NCBI GenBank assembly: GCA_030390025.1
Contig: CM059432.1
Location: 139,254,001-139,318,000 of the forward strand
DNA length: 64,000 nucleotides
Direction of reading: 5' to 3'
Source: Squalus acanthias
Taxonomy: Eukaryota
Shown here: positions 1-12,759 of the stretch, one piece after another
Position numbering within the stretch: position 1 is the first letter of the stretch
Layout of the letters: each line of letters opens with the position of its first letter
Translations under genes and position numbers: made by a program
Notes under the pieces: model-generated
The model's database searches: none
The model's input: the letters and a program-made list of their open reading frames with translations, nothing else
Told to the model about the DNA's origin: nothing

Positions 1-368
1 TATAATAATAGGGCTGTTTATATCATGTAGTAGGATAACATCAAGGCCACTGACTTCGGTGACTGAGTAAGTGAAATTCCATTTGTATTAAATGGCATTC
101 CGGAATTTTTACTGGTATTTTGGAAATTCAATTTCACAACTATAAAAAAGTAGTACATATATGTTCATCAAACTTGCTTGCATCTACTCTATTGTTCCTT
201 GCAGCATTTTGAAATCTCAAGTCATATCTCTGGAAATATGTGACAACTTAAAACATCACACAAGCAAAAGTGGAATAATTTAAAAAAAAAGCTTTAAGAT
301 TACACTCACCTTTACAGTGTCTGGGGATCTGAATCTTAATTTATACATATGTAAAGCATCATACATAC

Positions 369-407
369 CTTCACAAGGGATAGATCTATTTCCAGCACAT
401 TCGCCAA
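369..407 (-). CDS. FAM91A1: FAM91A1 coding exon 10 (LANVLEIDLSLVK)
   Basis: cag|TTGGCG...GTGAAG|gtatgt; 39 nt; peptide matches recalled vertebrate FAM91A1; phase consistent with exon 9. Confidence 0.95.
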
Positions 408-2457
408 CTGAAAAACATTAAACAAATTACATTCTTCAGAGATATACTTTCTGAACTATAGGCTCTTGAATTTCTGCAAAGGTTGTTCCCAGCCATACTG
501 ATGACTGCCCCTCAATCTTGCCATCTCCCATGGATGAGCAAACTGACCATGGCATCATGATGAAGGAAGCCACTCAAGTGGGGGGGGAGTGAAAAGGAAT
601 GTAGTTCTGGTAGGGGACAGTATAGTCAGGGGAATAGATACTGTTCTCTGCAGCCGCGACCGGGAGTTCCGACGGTCGTGTTGCCTGCCTGGTGCCAGGG
701 TTAAGGATATCGCGTTGCGGCTGGAGAAGAACTTGGAGTGGGAGGGGGAGAATCCAGTTGCTGTGGTCCACGTAGGAACCAACAACATAGGTAGAACTAG
801 GAATGAGGCTCTGCTGAGGGAGCTTGAGGAACTAGGATCCAAATTAAAAAGCAGAACCACAAATGTAATAATCTCTGGATTGTTACCTGAGCCACGTGCA
901 AATTGGCATAGGGACAAACAGATTAGAGGTTTAAATGTGTGGCTCACAGTGCTGTGGGAGGAAGGGGTTTCAGTTCATGGGACCCTGGCACCAGTACTGG
1001 GGAAAGAGGGAGCTGTTCCGTTGGGATGGGCTCCACTTAAACCGGGCTGGGACCAGTGTCCTGGCGAATCGAATAACTAGAGCAGTAGACAGGGCTTTAA
1101 ACTAATGAGAGGATTCAGGAAAGAGTAAATTTAAAAGCAGAGAGAGAAATGTCAAGGCTCTAGAGCAGAGTAGAGTTTTGGGTAAAAATAAGCTGAGTGT
1201 GTAAGGAAGGGACAGAGAGAGTAACAAAGGTAATAAGGCATCAGTGACAAAGGTGACATCAGGAAGAAATAGAAAAAAGTCAAAGCTAAGGGCACTATAT
1301 CTGAATGTGCGAAGCATTTGCAACAAAATAGATGAATTAATAGCGCAGATAGAAATGAATAGGTTTGATCTAATAGCCATTACGGAGACGTGGTTGCAAA
1401 GTGACCAAGGTTGGGAACTAAATATTCCCGGATACTGTACTTAACTTTTAGAAGAGATAGGCAAAATGGAAAAGGAGGAGGGATAGCCCTGATAATAAAG
1501 GATGGGATAAAGACAGTAGAGAGAAAGGATCTTAGCTCCAAAAATCAAATAGTAGAATCAGTTTGGGTGGAGCTAAGAAACAGCAAGGGGCAGAAAACAT
1601 TGGCGGAAGTAGTTTATAGGGCCCCAAACAGTTGCTGTAATGTAGGGCAGATATAAATCAGGAAATTAGAGGCGCATGTAACAAGGGTAATACAGTAATC
1701 ATGGGGGATTCTAATCTACATATAGACTGGGCAAACCAAATTTGCAGTAATAGTGTAGAGGACGAATTCATGGAATGTATACAAGATAGTTTTCTAGATC
1801 AGTAGGTTGAGGAACCAACTAGGGAACAGGCTATTTTAGATCTAGTACAGTATTGTGCAATGAGAAAGGGTTAATTAATAACCTTGTAGTAAAGGGGTCC
1901 TTAGGGAAGAGTGACCATAATTTTATATTAAGTTCGAAAGTGATTTAGTTAAATCCGAAACTAGGGTCTTAAATCTAAACAAAGCAAAATACGTAGGTAT
2001 GAGGGGCGAGTTGGCTAAGGTAGATTGGGAAATTACATTAAAAGATATGACGGTAGACAAGCAATGGCTAGCATTTAAAGAATACATAATTTACAACAAA
2101 TATACATTCCTTTAAGGCACAAAAACCCCACAGGAAGTGGTCCAACCGTGGCTAACAAGAGAAGTTAAAGCTAGTAATAGATCAAAGGAAGAGGCTTATA
2201 ATGTTGCCAAAAAGAGTAGTAAGCCTGAGGATTAGGAGGATTTTAGAATTCAGCAAAGGAGGACCAAGAAATTGATAAGGAAAGAGAAAAAAGAATGAGA
2301 GTAAATTAACAAGAGGCATAAAAACCATTGTAAACGTTTCTATAGGTATGTAAATAGGAAGAGATTAGTGAAGGTAAACATGCGCCCATTCAAGGCAGAG
2401 ACAGGAGAAATTATAATGGGCAATAAGGAAATGGCAGAGACGTTAAACAAATACTTT

Positions 2458-2711
2458 GGGCTGGATTTTGATACTGGGGCGGGTTGGGGTCGTGTCATCC
2501 GCATTTCGTGTTATCCACCCGACTGCAATTGGATGTGGGAGATTGATGCAATTTTCACTTAATTGGGCAATTAAGTTCCAGCATGTGGGAACCCATGAAC
2601 CAATTAGTGGTTTCAGTCTGAAAGTCGCCTCTGATGATGTCATCATTACAGGTCAGAGACTGCCTGGTCTCAGAGATTGCCTGGCCTTTGCTGTGAGGGG
2701 ACCTGGATGCC

Positions 2712-2749
<38 letters not shown>

Positions 2750-3209
2750 CCAAGTCCTCCCAGGCAGTCTCTGAAGGCATTCAATGCAGCAGCATCAGAG
2801 GCGACTTTCAGACCTAATACTACTACTACCTTCATCACAATACTACTACTACCTTCATCACATCTCAGTTGTAATAGTGGACCTGCAGCTGATACTCAGC
2901 TATCCACTTGTGCTCCTGCCAGGTTTCACTGGCGTGTTTCACATCAGGCGTACTTCACGTCGGAAAAGGGTTAAACTAGCTAAAGCGTTTCAAAATGGCA
3001 TTACAGAGCTAATTTAGGGCTTGTTAAGGGCTTTAATGGCCTCTCCCGCCTCTTGGAGGCGGGACGGAGTCGGGAACCCCGCGACCGATTTTGTCAAAAT
3101 TGCGTGGAGGCGGAATGGAGTCGGGATGGGGTCGGGACCCCCGAATCTGCAACTTTAACCCCCCACACGCCTCCAAACCAGACACCACGGGTCATTGAAA
3201 ATCCAGCCC
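2458..3209. mobile_element. Non-autonomous DNA transposon (MITE), PIF/Harbinger-like
   Basis: 12-bp TIR GGGCTGGATTTT...AAAATCCAGCCC; 3-bp TTT duplication; interrupts CR1 ORF2; internal (GA)n tract. Confidence 0.8.
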
Positions 3210-4108
3210 TTTTATCTGTCTTCACAGTAGAAGACACAAAAAACATTCCAGAAATAATGGGGGACTAAGGGTCTAGAAAGAATGAGGAACTTAAAGAAAT
3301 CAATATAAGTAAAGACATAGTACTGGAGAAATTAATGGGACTAAGGGGCGACAAATCCCCTGGACCTGACGACCTGTATCCTAGGGTTTTAAAAGAGGTA
3401 GCTGCAGAGATAGTGGATGCACTGGTATTAATCTTCCAGAATTCCCCAGATTCTAGAATAGTCCCCAAGGATTGGAAGGTAGCAAACATAACCCCCCTAT
3501 TTAAGAAAGGAGGAAGAGAAAAAACGGGGACCTATAGGCTTGTTAGCCTGACATCAGTCGCAGGGAAAATGCTAGAATCTATTATTAGGGATGTGGTAAC
3601 AGGGCACTTAGAAAATCATAATATGATTAGGCAGAGTCAACATGCTTTTATGAAAGGGGAATCGTGTTTGATAAATCGGTTAGCATTTTTTGAAGATGTA
3701 TCTAGTAGGATGGATAAGGGGGAACCAGTGGATGTAGTGTATTTGGATTTTCAAAAAGCATTCAATAAAGTGCCACACAAGAGGTTATTACACAAAATTA
3801 GGACTCATGGTATTGGGGTAATATATTAGCATGGATTAAGGATTGATTAATGGACAGAAAACAGAGTAGGAATAAACAGAACTTTTTCAGGTTGTCAGGC
3901 TGTAACTAGCAGGGTACCGCAAGGATTAGTGCTTGGGCCTCAGCTATTTACAATCTATATTAATGACTTAGATGAAGGTCCTGAGTGTAATGTATCCAAG
4001 TTTGCTGATGATACAGAGTTAGGTGGGAAAGTAGGCTGCAGAGAGATAGATATATATATTGAAGTTATCCACTTTGGTAGGAAAAACAAAAAAGCTGAAT
4101 TTTTTCTT

Positions 4109-5203
4109 AAGAACATAAGAAATAGGAGCAGGCGTAGGCCATTCGGCCTATCGAGCCTGCTCCGCCATTCAATAAGATAATGGCTGATCTTCTACCTCAA
4201 CTCCACTTTCCCGCATTATCCCTATATCCCTCGATTCCCTTAGTATACAAAAATCTATCGATCTCTGTCTTGAATATACTCAACGACTGAGCCTCCACAG
4301 CCCTCTGGGGTAGAGAATTCCAAAGATTCACCACCAAGTAAAGAAATTTCTCCTCATCTCAGTCCTAAATGGCTGACCCCTTATTCCGAATCTGTGACCC
4401 CCGGTTCTAGACGCCCCAGCCAGGGGAAACAACCTCCCTGCATCTACCCTGTCAAGCCCTGTAAGAATTTTGTATGTTTCAATGAGATCACCTCTCATTC
4501 TTCTAAACTCTATGGAATATAGGCCTAGTCTACTCAATATCTCCTCATTCCCAGGAACCAGTCTGGTGAACCTTTGTTGCATTTCTTCTATGGCAAGTAT
4601 ATCCTTCCTTCGGTGTGGTCTCACTAGGGCCCTATATAATTGCAGTAAGACGTCTTTACACTTATACTAAAATCTTCTTGTAATAAAGGCCAACATACCA
4701 TTTACTTTCTTAATTGCTTGCTGTACCTGCATGTTAACTTTCAGTGATTCGTTTACAAGGACACCCAGGTCCCTCTGAACACCAACATTTCCCAATCTCT
4801 CACCATTTAAAAAATACTCTGCTTTTCTATTTTTCCGACCAAAGTGGATAACTTCACATTTCTCCACATTATTTTCCATTTGCTATGTTCTTGCCCACTT
4901 ACTTAGCCTGTCTATATCCCCTTGAAGCCTCTTTGCATCCTCCTCACAATTTACATTCCCACCTAGCTTTGTATCATCAGAAAACTTGAATATATTACAT
5001 TTGGTCCCCTCATCCAAATCATTGATATCGATTGTGAATAGCTGAGGCCCAAGATCTGATCCTTGCGGTACCCCACTAGTTACAGCCTGCCAACCCGAAA
5101 ATGACCAGTTTATTCCTACTCTGTTTTCTGTCTGTTATCCAATCCTCAATCCATGCTAGTATATTACCCTCAATCCCATGAGCCTTAATTTTGTTTAATA
5201 ACC
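4109..5203 (-). mobile_element. 5'-truncated CR1 (RT 3' half and tail) inserted antisense into the larger CR1
   Basis: Minus-strand peptides KCEVIHFGRKN and RMRGDLIETYKI; tail reads aagaacataagaaataggagcagg on the plus strand. Confidence 0.9.
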
Positions 5204-6559
5204 TGGTGAGAGACTGGGAAATGTTTGCACTCAGAGGAATCTGGGTGTCCTTGTACATGAATCACAGAAAGTTAACATGAAGGTACAGCAAGCAATTAGG
5301 AAAGCAAATGGTATGTTAGCTTTTGTTACAAAGGGATTAGAGTGCAAGAGTAAAGAAGTCTTACTACAATTATACAGGGCATTGGTGAGGCCACACCTGG
5401 AGTACTGTGTACAGTTCTGGTCTCCTTACCGAAGAAAAGACATACTTGCCTTAGGAGGGAGGGAGCGCAGCGAAGGTTCACTACACTGGTTCCTGGGATG
5501 AGGGGATTGTCCTATAAGGAGAGATTAAGTAGACGCGGCCTATATTCTCTCGAGTTTAGAAGAATGAGAGGTGATCTAATTGAAACAAAATTCTTAAGGG
5601 GCTTGACAGGGTTAATGCTGGGAAAATGTTTCCCCTGGCTGAGGAATCTAGAACACGGGGTCACAGTCACAGAATAAGGGGTGGGCCATTTAGGACTGAG
5701 ATGAGGAGAAATTTCTTCATTCAAAGGGTTGTGAATCTTTGGAATTCTCTACCCCAGAGAGCTATGAATGCTCAGTCATTGAGTATATTCAAGACAGAGG
5801 TCGATAAATTTTTGGAAACAAAGGGAATTAAGGGATATGGGGATAGTGTGGGAAGGTGGAGTTGTGGTAGAAGATCAGCCATGATCTTGTTGAATGGCGG
5901 AGCAGGCTCGAAGGGCCAAATGGCCTGCTCCTATTTCTTATGTTCTTCTGTTCTCTCTGCTCCCATGGTCTCTATCACAGACAAGGCCGTCTCCGACCGT
6001 ATCCCTCACCAGCCACATTCCCTTCCAAACTCGCTTCCAAATGTGTCCGCCCCTGGAAAAAAACTCTCCCAAAAGTCACTTATAAGTGCACTTTCTAAAT
6101 CCCAACTGCCTAGCCCTGTATAATTTTTTTTTAAACTCTTAAATCTCCTCTTAGCCTTCCCAGCTTGAGTGGAAATAGTCCCAATTTCTCATGTCCTTCC
6201 TTGTAATTATAATTTCCTATCTCTGGCATCACTGTGGTCAATCTACGCTATTCACTGTCTATAGCCCTAATGTTCCTTCTATAATGTAGCACTCAAAACT
6301 GCACACAGTACACCAACTGTGGCCTAATAGGAACATAGGAGTCCTGTATACTTTACTCCTACTTTTTAACCCTTGCATTCTATATTCCTTTTAATAAAAC
6401 CCAAAATGAATGGCCTGGCTTCAAAACTTCTACTGAATTTCACTACTTTCTAATGTCGTAACGGTATTTAGTTTCTAGTCTAAGACTTCAAAGGAAAAAG
6501 TTGCTCATAACAGGCACACAAAAGAAACAAGTCAGATGACGTGAATATTTCAGGAAAGA

Positions 6560-6925
6560 AAGCAAGAAAGAAATTGCATTTGTTTCGCGCCTTTTACAAC
6601 CTCAGGACATCCCAGAGTGCTTCACAGCCAATGAAGTACTTTTTTTTGTTAAATGTAATCACTGTTGTAATGCAGGAAAAGCGGCAGCCAATTTGCGCAC
6701 AGCAAGGTCCCACAAACAGCAATGAGATCATGACCAGACAATCTGTTTGTTTAACGTGATGTTGGTCGAGTGATGAATGTTGGCCAGGACACCGGGGAGA
6801 ACTCCCCTGCTCCTCTTCAAAATAGGAAAATGGGATCTTTTACATCCACCTGAGGGCAGATGGGGCCTCGGAGTAACGTCTCATCTGAAAGACAGCACTG
6901 CCGACAGTGCAGCACTCCCTCAGTA
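6560..6925 (-). mobile_element. SacSINE1/DeuSINE-like SINE, partial
   Basis: Reverse complement of the body of the 14389-14822 copy. Confidence 0.8.
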
Positions 6926-7018
6926 ATGAAACCTCGCTTTTTTTTTAAGTTTGTGTGACTGCTGGGTAAGAAAATACATAGTACATAGTACAAGATTTCT
7001 ACTGTTTGTCTCCCCTAC

Positions 7019-7125
7019 CTCTGCAACATTGGTTTGTTCATCGATAGAAACAAAAATCTTGTAGAGAAGCGTTTCAAAGTAATCACCTTGGACCCGGTTC
7101 ATCACAAAGCCCTCCAATGGTGGAA
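7019..7125 (-). CDS. FAM91A1: FAM91A1 coding exon 9 ((V)[35 protein letters not shown])
   Basis: tttag|TTCCA...GCAGAG|gtaggg; 107 nt. Confidence 0.97.
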
Positions 7126-7319
7126 CTAAACATGAAGGGAAAAAAATTACATTTCCAAGATTAATTTTCCAGTACTCATATAAAGCTTAAATAGCAGAAA
7201 CACTAAATTTGAAATTGACAATTACAAAAGGATCAGGTGTTTCCCCACAGTGAAGGGGCTTTCATAATCATCCCTCCCTCCCCACAGCACACAACACAAC
7301 TTCACAAGAGACCAACCAA

Positions 7320-7645
7320 TAAGAACGTACATAAAATATAAGAAATAGGAGCAGGAGTAGGCCATTTGGCCCCTCGAGCGTGCTCCGCCATTCAATAAGA
7401 TCATGGCTGATCTTCTACCTCAACTCCACCATCCCGCACTATCCCCATATCCCTTGATTCCCTTAGTATCCAAAAATCTATCGATCTCTGTCTTGAATAT
7501 ACTCAACGACTGAGCCTCCACAGCCCTCTGGGGTAGAGAATTCCAAAGATTCACCACCCTGAGTGAAGAAATTTCTCCTCATCTCAGTGCTAAATGGCCA
7601 ACCCCTTATTCTGAGACTGTGACCCCTGGTTCTAGACTCCCCAGT
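7320..7645 (-). mobile_element. CR1 3' fragment
   Basis: Same tail and body as 4109-4420. Confidence 0.85.
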
Positions 7646-7849
7646 CTAGAAGTATCTGATTGATGGGCCACAAGTAATTTTTTTTCCCTTCCTTTTTCTG
7701 TGATCACCCCATGCCAAAAATATTTATCCAATCTTCCTTTAAAAGATGCAATAGTCTCTGCCGCTACCACGCCCTGCCACATTTCTCCTCACTGTGACAA
7801 CTTTAAATTATTAAAGCTCACTGTCTTGCTTGTGGATTGAACAGAGCTG

Positions 7850-8095
7850 TTCAGCAAAGCGATCACCCAATCTGCATTTGGTCTCCCCAATGTAAAGATG
7901 ACCTCATCGTGAGCAGCAAATACAGTATACTAAGTTGGAAGTACAAGTAAATCGCTGATTCACATGGAAGGAATGTTTGGGGTCCTGGACGGTGGGAAGG
8001 GAGGTGGTGAAAGGGCAGGTGTTGCATCAGGGCGTCTGGGAGTGGAAAAGGTTTGAGCTGGTGCTTGGGGTGGGGAGCCAGGGGTATGGTCCGCA
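7850..8095 (-). mobile_element. Degenerate Penelope-like GIY-YIG fragment
   Basis: Decayed NLVYCI...LYIGET-type segment across frames on the minus strand. Confidence 0.55.
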
Positions 8096-8119
8096 TTCCT
8101 GGGATCTATCCAGCTTTCT

Positions 8120-8540
8120 ACATAGGATATACGGCACAGAAACAGGCCATTTGGCCCAACCAGTCCATGCTCCACTTGAGCCTCCTCCCATCTTTCCTCA
8201 TCTAACTCTATCAGCATAACCCTCTATTCACTTCTCCCTCATGTGCTTATCTAGCCTCCCCTTAAATGCATCTATACTATTTGCCTCAACTACTCCCTGT
8301 GGTAGCGAGTTCCACATTCTCACCACTCTCTGGGTAAAGAAGTTTCTTCTGAATTCCCTATTTGATTTCTTGGTGACTATCTTATATTGACGGCCTCTAG
8401 TTATGCTCTTCCCCACAAGTGGAAACACTCTGAATCTACTCTATCAAAACCATTTATAATTTTAAAGACCTCTATTAGGTCACCCCTCAGCCTTTATTTT
8501 TTCAAGCGAAGAGACCCCCAGCCTGTTCATCCTTTCCTCA
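8120..8540 (-). mobile_element. CR1 3' fragment
   Basis: FRRNFFTQRVVRMWNSLP peptide. Confidence 0.85.
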
Positions 8541-8569
8541 TATTCCCGCCACATTCCCGGGCCACGGGA

Positions 8570-8920
8570 GCTTCCTGCGGTAATCATTTACACCTCCTCT
8601 GCACCCATCTTTTGTTTCTTTACTTGTCCAATTCCCACCCCCTTTTGCCTTGCACCAAGACTGTTAAACATCTTCCAGTTCTGATGAAAGGACAACAACC
8701 TAAAACGTTATGATAGCAAAATACTGCGGATGCTGGAAATCCGAAATAACAACAGAAAACGCTGGAAAAACTCAGCAGGCCAGGCAGCATCCGTGGAGAG
8801 AGAAACAGAGTTAACGTTTCAGGTTGAAGACCTTTCATCAGAACCTAAAACGTTAACTCGGTTTCTCTCTCCACAGATGCTGCCTGACCTGCTGAGTGTT
8901 TTCTCGCATTTTCTGTTTTT
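8570..8920. mobile_element. Penelope-like terminal repeat (+) with a second, inverted copy (8711-8841) nested in it; hammerhead-like cores
   Basis: 14-bp duplication AACCTAAAACGTTA at 8697-8710 and 8842-8855; CTGATGA-stem-GAAAC-GTTAAC motif on the minus strand. Confidence 0.75.
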
Positions 8921-9519
8921 AATCCCATAAACAGCAATCTGTTTTTTTTGGTGTTCCTCGAGGGATGAATGTCAGCCACTACACAGAAATCCTCAGCTCC
9001 TCTTTAAAACAGTGCCATGGGATCTTTCACGTCCAGTTGAACATTTAGATGGAGCCTCGGTTTAACAGTGCATCTGGAAGACAAACCCCCCCCACCACCT
9101 TCAACAATGCAGCACTTCTTCAGTATTGCACTGGTGTCGGCTTAGATTGTGGGCTCAAGTACTACGCAGTGAGGTTTGAACCCACAGCTTTCCAACTCAA
9201 GAGGCGAGAGTGTGCTACAAATGAGCCAAGCTGGCACTGGAGATCAAATTAAGACATTGCGACCAAATCCTTTTGCGCAATTTAAAGAATTTATATGCTT
9301 CAGAGTTTTTTTTCTATACGTCATAATAGGGACTCAAGTGACCTGTTGAGAAGATTCCAAAAAAAAGGACATCAACCCTAGGATTCCATCTTAACTAATA
9401 TTAAACCGCTAGCTTCCTATGATGGATTTTGGAAATTACTTGGTGGTGGGGGGGGGGGGGGGGGGGGGGCGGCGGGGAGGGAAGAAAAAACCCAAACTGG
9501 GTCATATGGCAACACAGTT

Positions 9520-9930
9520 AATGAACCATAGAAATGGTAGAGCACAGGAGGCCGCCATTTGGCCCATCGTGTCTGTGCCAGCTCTTTGAAAGAGCTGTCC
9601 AACTAGTCCCACTCACCTGCGCTTTCCCCCATAGCCCTGCAAATTTCTCCTTTAAGTATTTATCCAATTCCCTTTTGAAAGTTACTACTGAATCTGCTTC
9701 CACCGCCCTTTCAGGCAGTGCATTCCAGATCATAACAACTCGCTGCCTAAACATATTTTTCTTCGTGTTGCCTCTGGTCCTTTTGCCAATTACCTTAAAT
9801 CTGTGTCCTCTGGTTACCGACCCTGCTGCCACTGGAAACAGTTTCTTTTATTTACTCTATCAAAACCCTTCAAGATTTTGATTCTATCAAATCTCCCCTT
9901 AACCTTTTCTGCTCTAAAGGAGAACAATCC
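9520..9930 (-). mobile_element. CR1 3' fragment
   Basis: TRGHRFKVIGKR...WNALPERAVEA peptide. Confidence 0.85.
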
Positions 9931-10058
9931 ACGTTTATACCGCTGTTAAAATCATCAACACAAGGGATTAATTAATTCATAAGTCCACTCACATCATATG
10001 TTCCATTGTAAGGCTAATCATGAGGGTTACCAAAGCTCACATGAAAGGAACTGCTCAC

Positions 10059-10121
10059 CTGCTATGCAGCTGTCATCAGATATTGGTACATCAAGGTAAA
10101 TGAAACCTTTGTTATACAAAC
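10059..10121 (-). CDS. FAM91A1: FAM91A1 coding exon 8 ((G)LYNKGFIYLDVPISDDSCIA)
   Basis: ttgcag|GTTTG...GCAG|gtgagc; 63 nt. Confidence 0.97.
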
Positions 10122-10469
10122 CTGCAAGGTAAGAGGCAAACCAATTAAATGCAAATAGAAAATCTTGATTCATCCTGCATGGAAAACACAAGTGTGCAGT
10201 TTTGCCACACACACACACACAAAAAAAATCACTTATTGGTTGTAATTTGCTTGGCAACTTTAATTAAAAATAGTGAGGTGTTTTAATGCGGAGAAGCTGA
10301 ACACCCCCCACTTTGGGCATCTCAGATTAGGTCTAGCCTGGTTAGACATACAGTAAAGCTCTACTCTTCCCCAACAATCTGTCTTCACTCCAATCTCAGA
10401 AGAGCACTCCTACTACACCAGTGTGACATTTTTCCATCTCCATCAGTTATCCTCTGACTTTTTTTATAT

Positions 10470-11706
10470 TAGTTTATGGGATGTGGGCGTCACTGGCAAG
10501 GCCAGCATTTACTGCCCATCCCTAATTGTCCTCGAGAAGGTGGTGGTAAGCCGCCTTCTTGAACCGCTGCAATGCGTGTGGTGATGGTACTCCCACAGTG
10601 CTGTTAGGGAGGGAGTTCCAGGATTTTGACCCAGCGACGATGAAGGATCGACGATAAACTTCCAAGCCAGGTGTGTGACTTGGAGGGGAACCTGGAGGTG
10701 GTGGTGTTCCCATGCGCCTGCTGCCCTTGTCCTTCTAGGTGGTAGAGGTTCACGTGTTTGGGAGGTGCTGTCGAAGAAGCCTTGGCGAGTTGCTGCAGTG
10801 CATCTTGTAGATGGTACACACTGCAGCCACGGTACGCCGGTGGTGGAGGGAGTGAATGTTTAAGGTGGTGGATGGGGTGCCAATCAAGCGGGCTTGCTTT
10901 GTCCTGGATGGTGTCGAGCTTCTTGAGTGTTGTTGGAGCTGCACTCATCCAGGAAAGTGGAGAGTATTCCATCACACTCCTGACTTGTGCCTTGTAGATG
11001 GTGGAAAGGCTTTGGGGAGTCAGGAGGTGAGACACTGGCCACAGAATACCCAGCCTCTGACCTGCTCTTGTTGCCACAGTATTTATGTGGCTGGTCCAGT
11101 TAAGTTTCTGGTCTATGGTGACCCCCAGGATGTTGATGGTGGGGGATTCGGTGATGGTAATGCCGTTGAATGTCAAGGGGCAGTGGTTAGACTCTTGCTT
11201 GTTAGAGATAGTCATTGCCTGGCACTTCTGTGGTGCGAATGTTACCTGCCACTTATCAGCCCAAGCCTGGATGTCGTCCAGGTCTTGTTGCATGCGGGCA
11301 TGGACTGCTTCACTATCTCTGGAGTTGTGAATTGCGCTGAACACTGTGCAGTCATCAACAAACATCCCCATTTCTGACCTTATGTTGGAGGGAAGGTCAT
11401 TGATGAAGCAGCTGAAGATGGTCTGAGGAACTCCTGTAGCGATGTCCTGGGCCTGTGATGATTGACCTTCAACCACCACAACCATCTTCCTTTGTGCTAG
11501 GTATGACTCCAGCCAGTGGAGAGTTTCCCCGCCCCCCCCCACCCCAATTCCCATCGACTTCAGTTTTACTGGGGCTCCTTGATGCCACACTCGGTTAAAT
11601 GCTGTCTTGATGTCAAGGGCAGTCACTCTCACCTCACCTCTGGAATTCAGCTCCTTTGTCCATGTTTGGACCAAGGCTGTAATGAGGTCTTGGCAGAACC
11701 CAAACT
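10470..11706 (-). mobile_element. 5'-truncated CR1/L2-superclade LINE (RT and tail), same family as 54395-58437
   Basis: ALDIKTAFNRVWH, FINDLP, MFVDD and WADKWQVTFAPQKC RT motifs. Confidence 0.9.
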
Positions 11707-11911
11707 TCAATAAGCGGGTCAATTTAATACCAATCAATGCTGAAAAAGAGACAAGTTTGTTCCGTGAACGCATGGTCACCATGAAGATAAGTACATGAGG
11801 GAGAAAGGAATAGAAGAATATCTTGATGGTGTGAGATGAAGTAAAGTGGGTGAAGCATAAACACCGGCATAGACCAGTTGGGCCGAATGGCCTGTTTCTG
11901 TGCTGTAAATA

Positions 11912-12243
11912 CAGGAAACTTTCGTTTATCTGGCACCCAAATATCCGGAATTCTCGCTTAACCGGCAAAAATCAGGTAAGTTTTACTATGCAGACAAGAC
12001 CCCGATTCTGACCTTTCGCCCCCACGAAAGGGGGGTCAACGTTCTTCCGACTCGGACCTGTCGCCGCCACGGAGGAAAAAGCCGGAGTCTCGTTTACTTT
12101 CCCTCTTCGGGTCCCAATTTTTAAGCCTGTGGCCGTGTATGGGGCTCTCGTACCTTGGTAAGTATACCTCTCTGTCATACGGAACTTTCGATCAACCGGC
12201 ACCACGCCGGTCCCGTCGGTGCCGGATAAACGAAAGTTTCCTG
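11912..12243. mobile_element. Tc1/mariner (pogo/Tigger-like) MITE, 332 bp
   Basis: TIR CAGGAAACTTTCGTTTATC(T/C)GGCACC at both ends; TA duplication at 11910-11911 and 12244-12245 splitting a CR1 tail. Confidence 0.88.
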
Positions 12244-12759
12244 TACTATGTAACTTAGTTGAAAACGCCAAATTCACTTCTCTTAGGATTCTTATCGCCA
12301 ACAGGTAGATGAGACCTTTACCCCAACAACCTGGTTAAAAGAAAACCTGATGACCTGTTCAGGTAGTTAAAATGCAAGGTTTTTGCTGGGAGTAGTTTCC
12401 TTGCACTGCCAGCTAAATGCAAGGATCCTATGTACAATGAGATTCACACCAGTACATAATAGATGTTCATGCCGCAAAACATCCCATAACTATACAAATT
12501 GGCACTTTTAGTCAGAGATGATACAAGTGGCTGTTATGAGAATAGGGAAAATAATTCATTAAAGATGCAGTCATGGGTTAGAGCACACTGCTGGACCAAG
12601 CTTAAAAAACTGTACTCCACACCTGGCCCATATTGTAAACCAACACAAGTCAGATATCAGATTTCCGGGAGCAGTAGAGGAGCGGAGTCACATGCAGATG
12701 ACAAAGATGCTCTTCAAATAAGTACTAGTCCAGACAACTTTCACCTACAGAAATTTACA

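Larger units (their letters stand above)
575..5945 (+). mobile_element. Near full-length degenerate CR1 LINE (ORF1 SGNH esterase at 589-1080, ORF2 APE-RT, 3' tail) with two nested insertions
   Basis: VVLVGDSIVRG...VHVGTN esterase motifs; YLNVRSI/IAITETW endonuclease; KSPGPD, YLDFQKAF and SKFADDT RT motifs; element resumes at about 5204 after an inverted insert. Confidence 0.92.

Noticed and set aside
589..1080. Host SGNH esterase gene
   Set aside because: It is CR1 ORF1, directly upstream of ORF2 and frameshifted
9444..9480. Long poly-G run
   Set aside because: Simple homopolymer of uncertain length; no further evidence of function
10604..11968. 454-aa ORF as a host gene
   Set aside because: Chance read-through from a MITE end and CR1 tail into a LINE RT fragment
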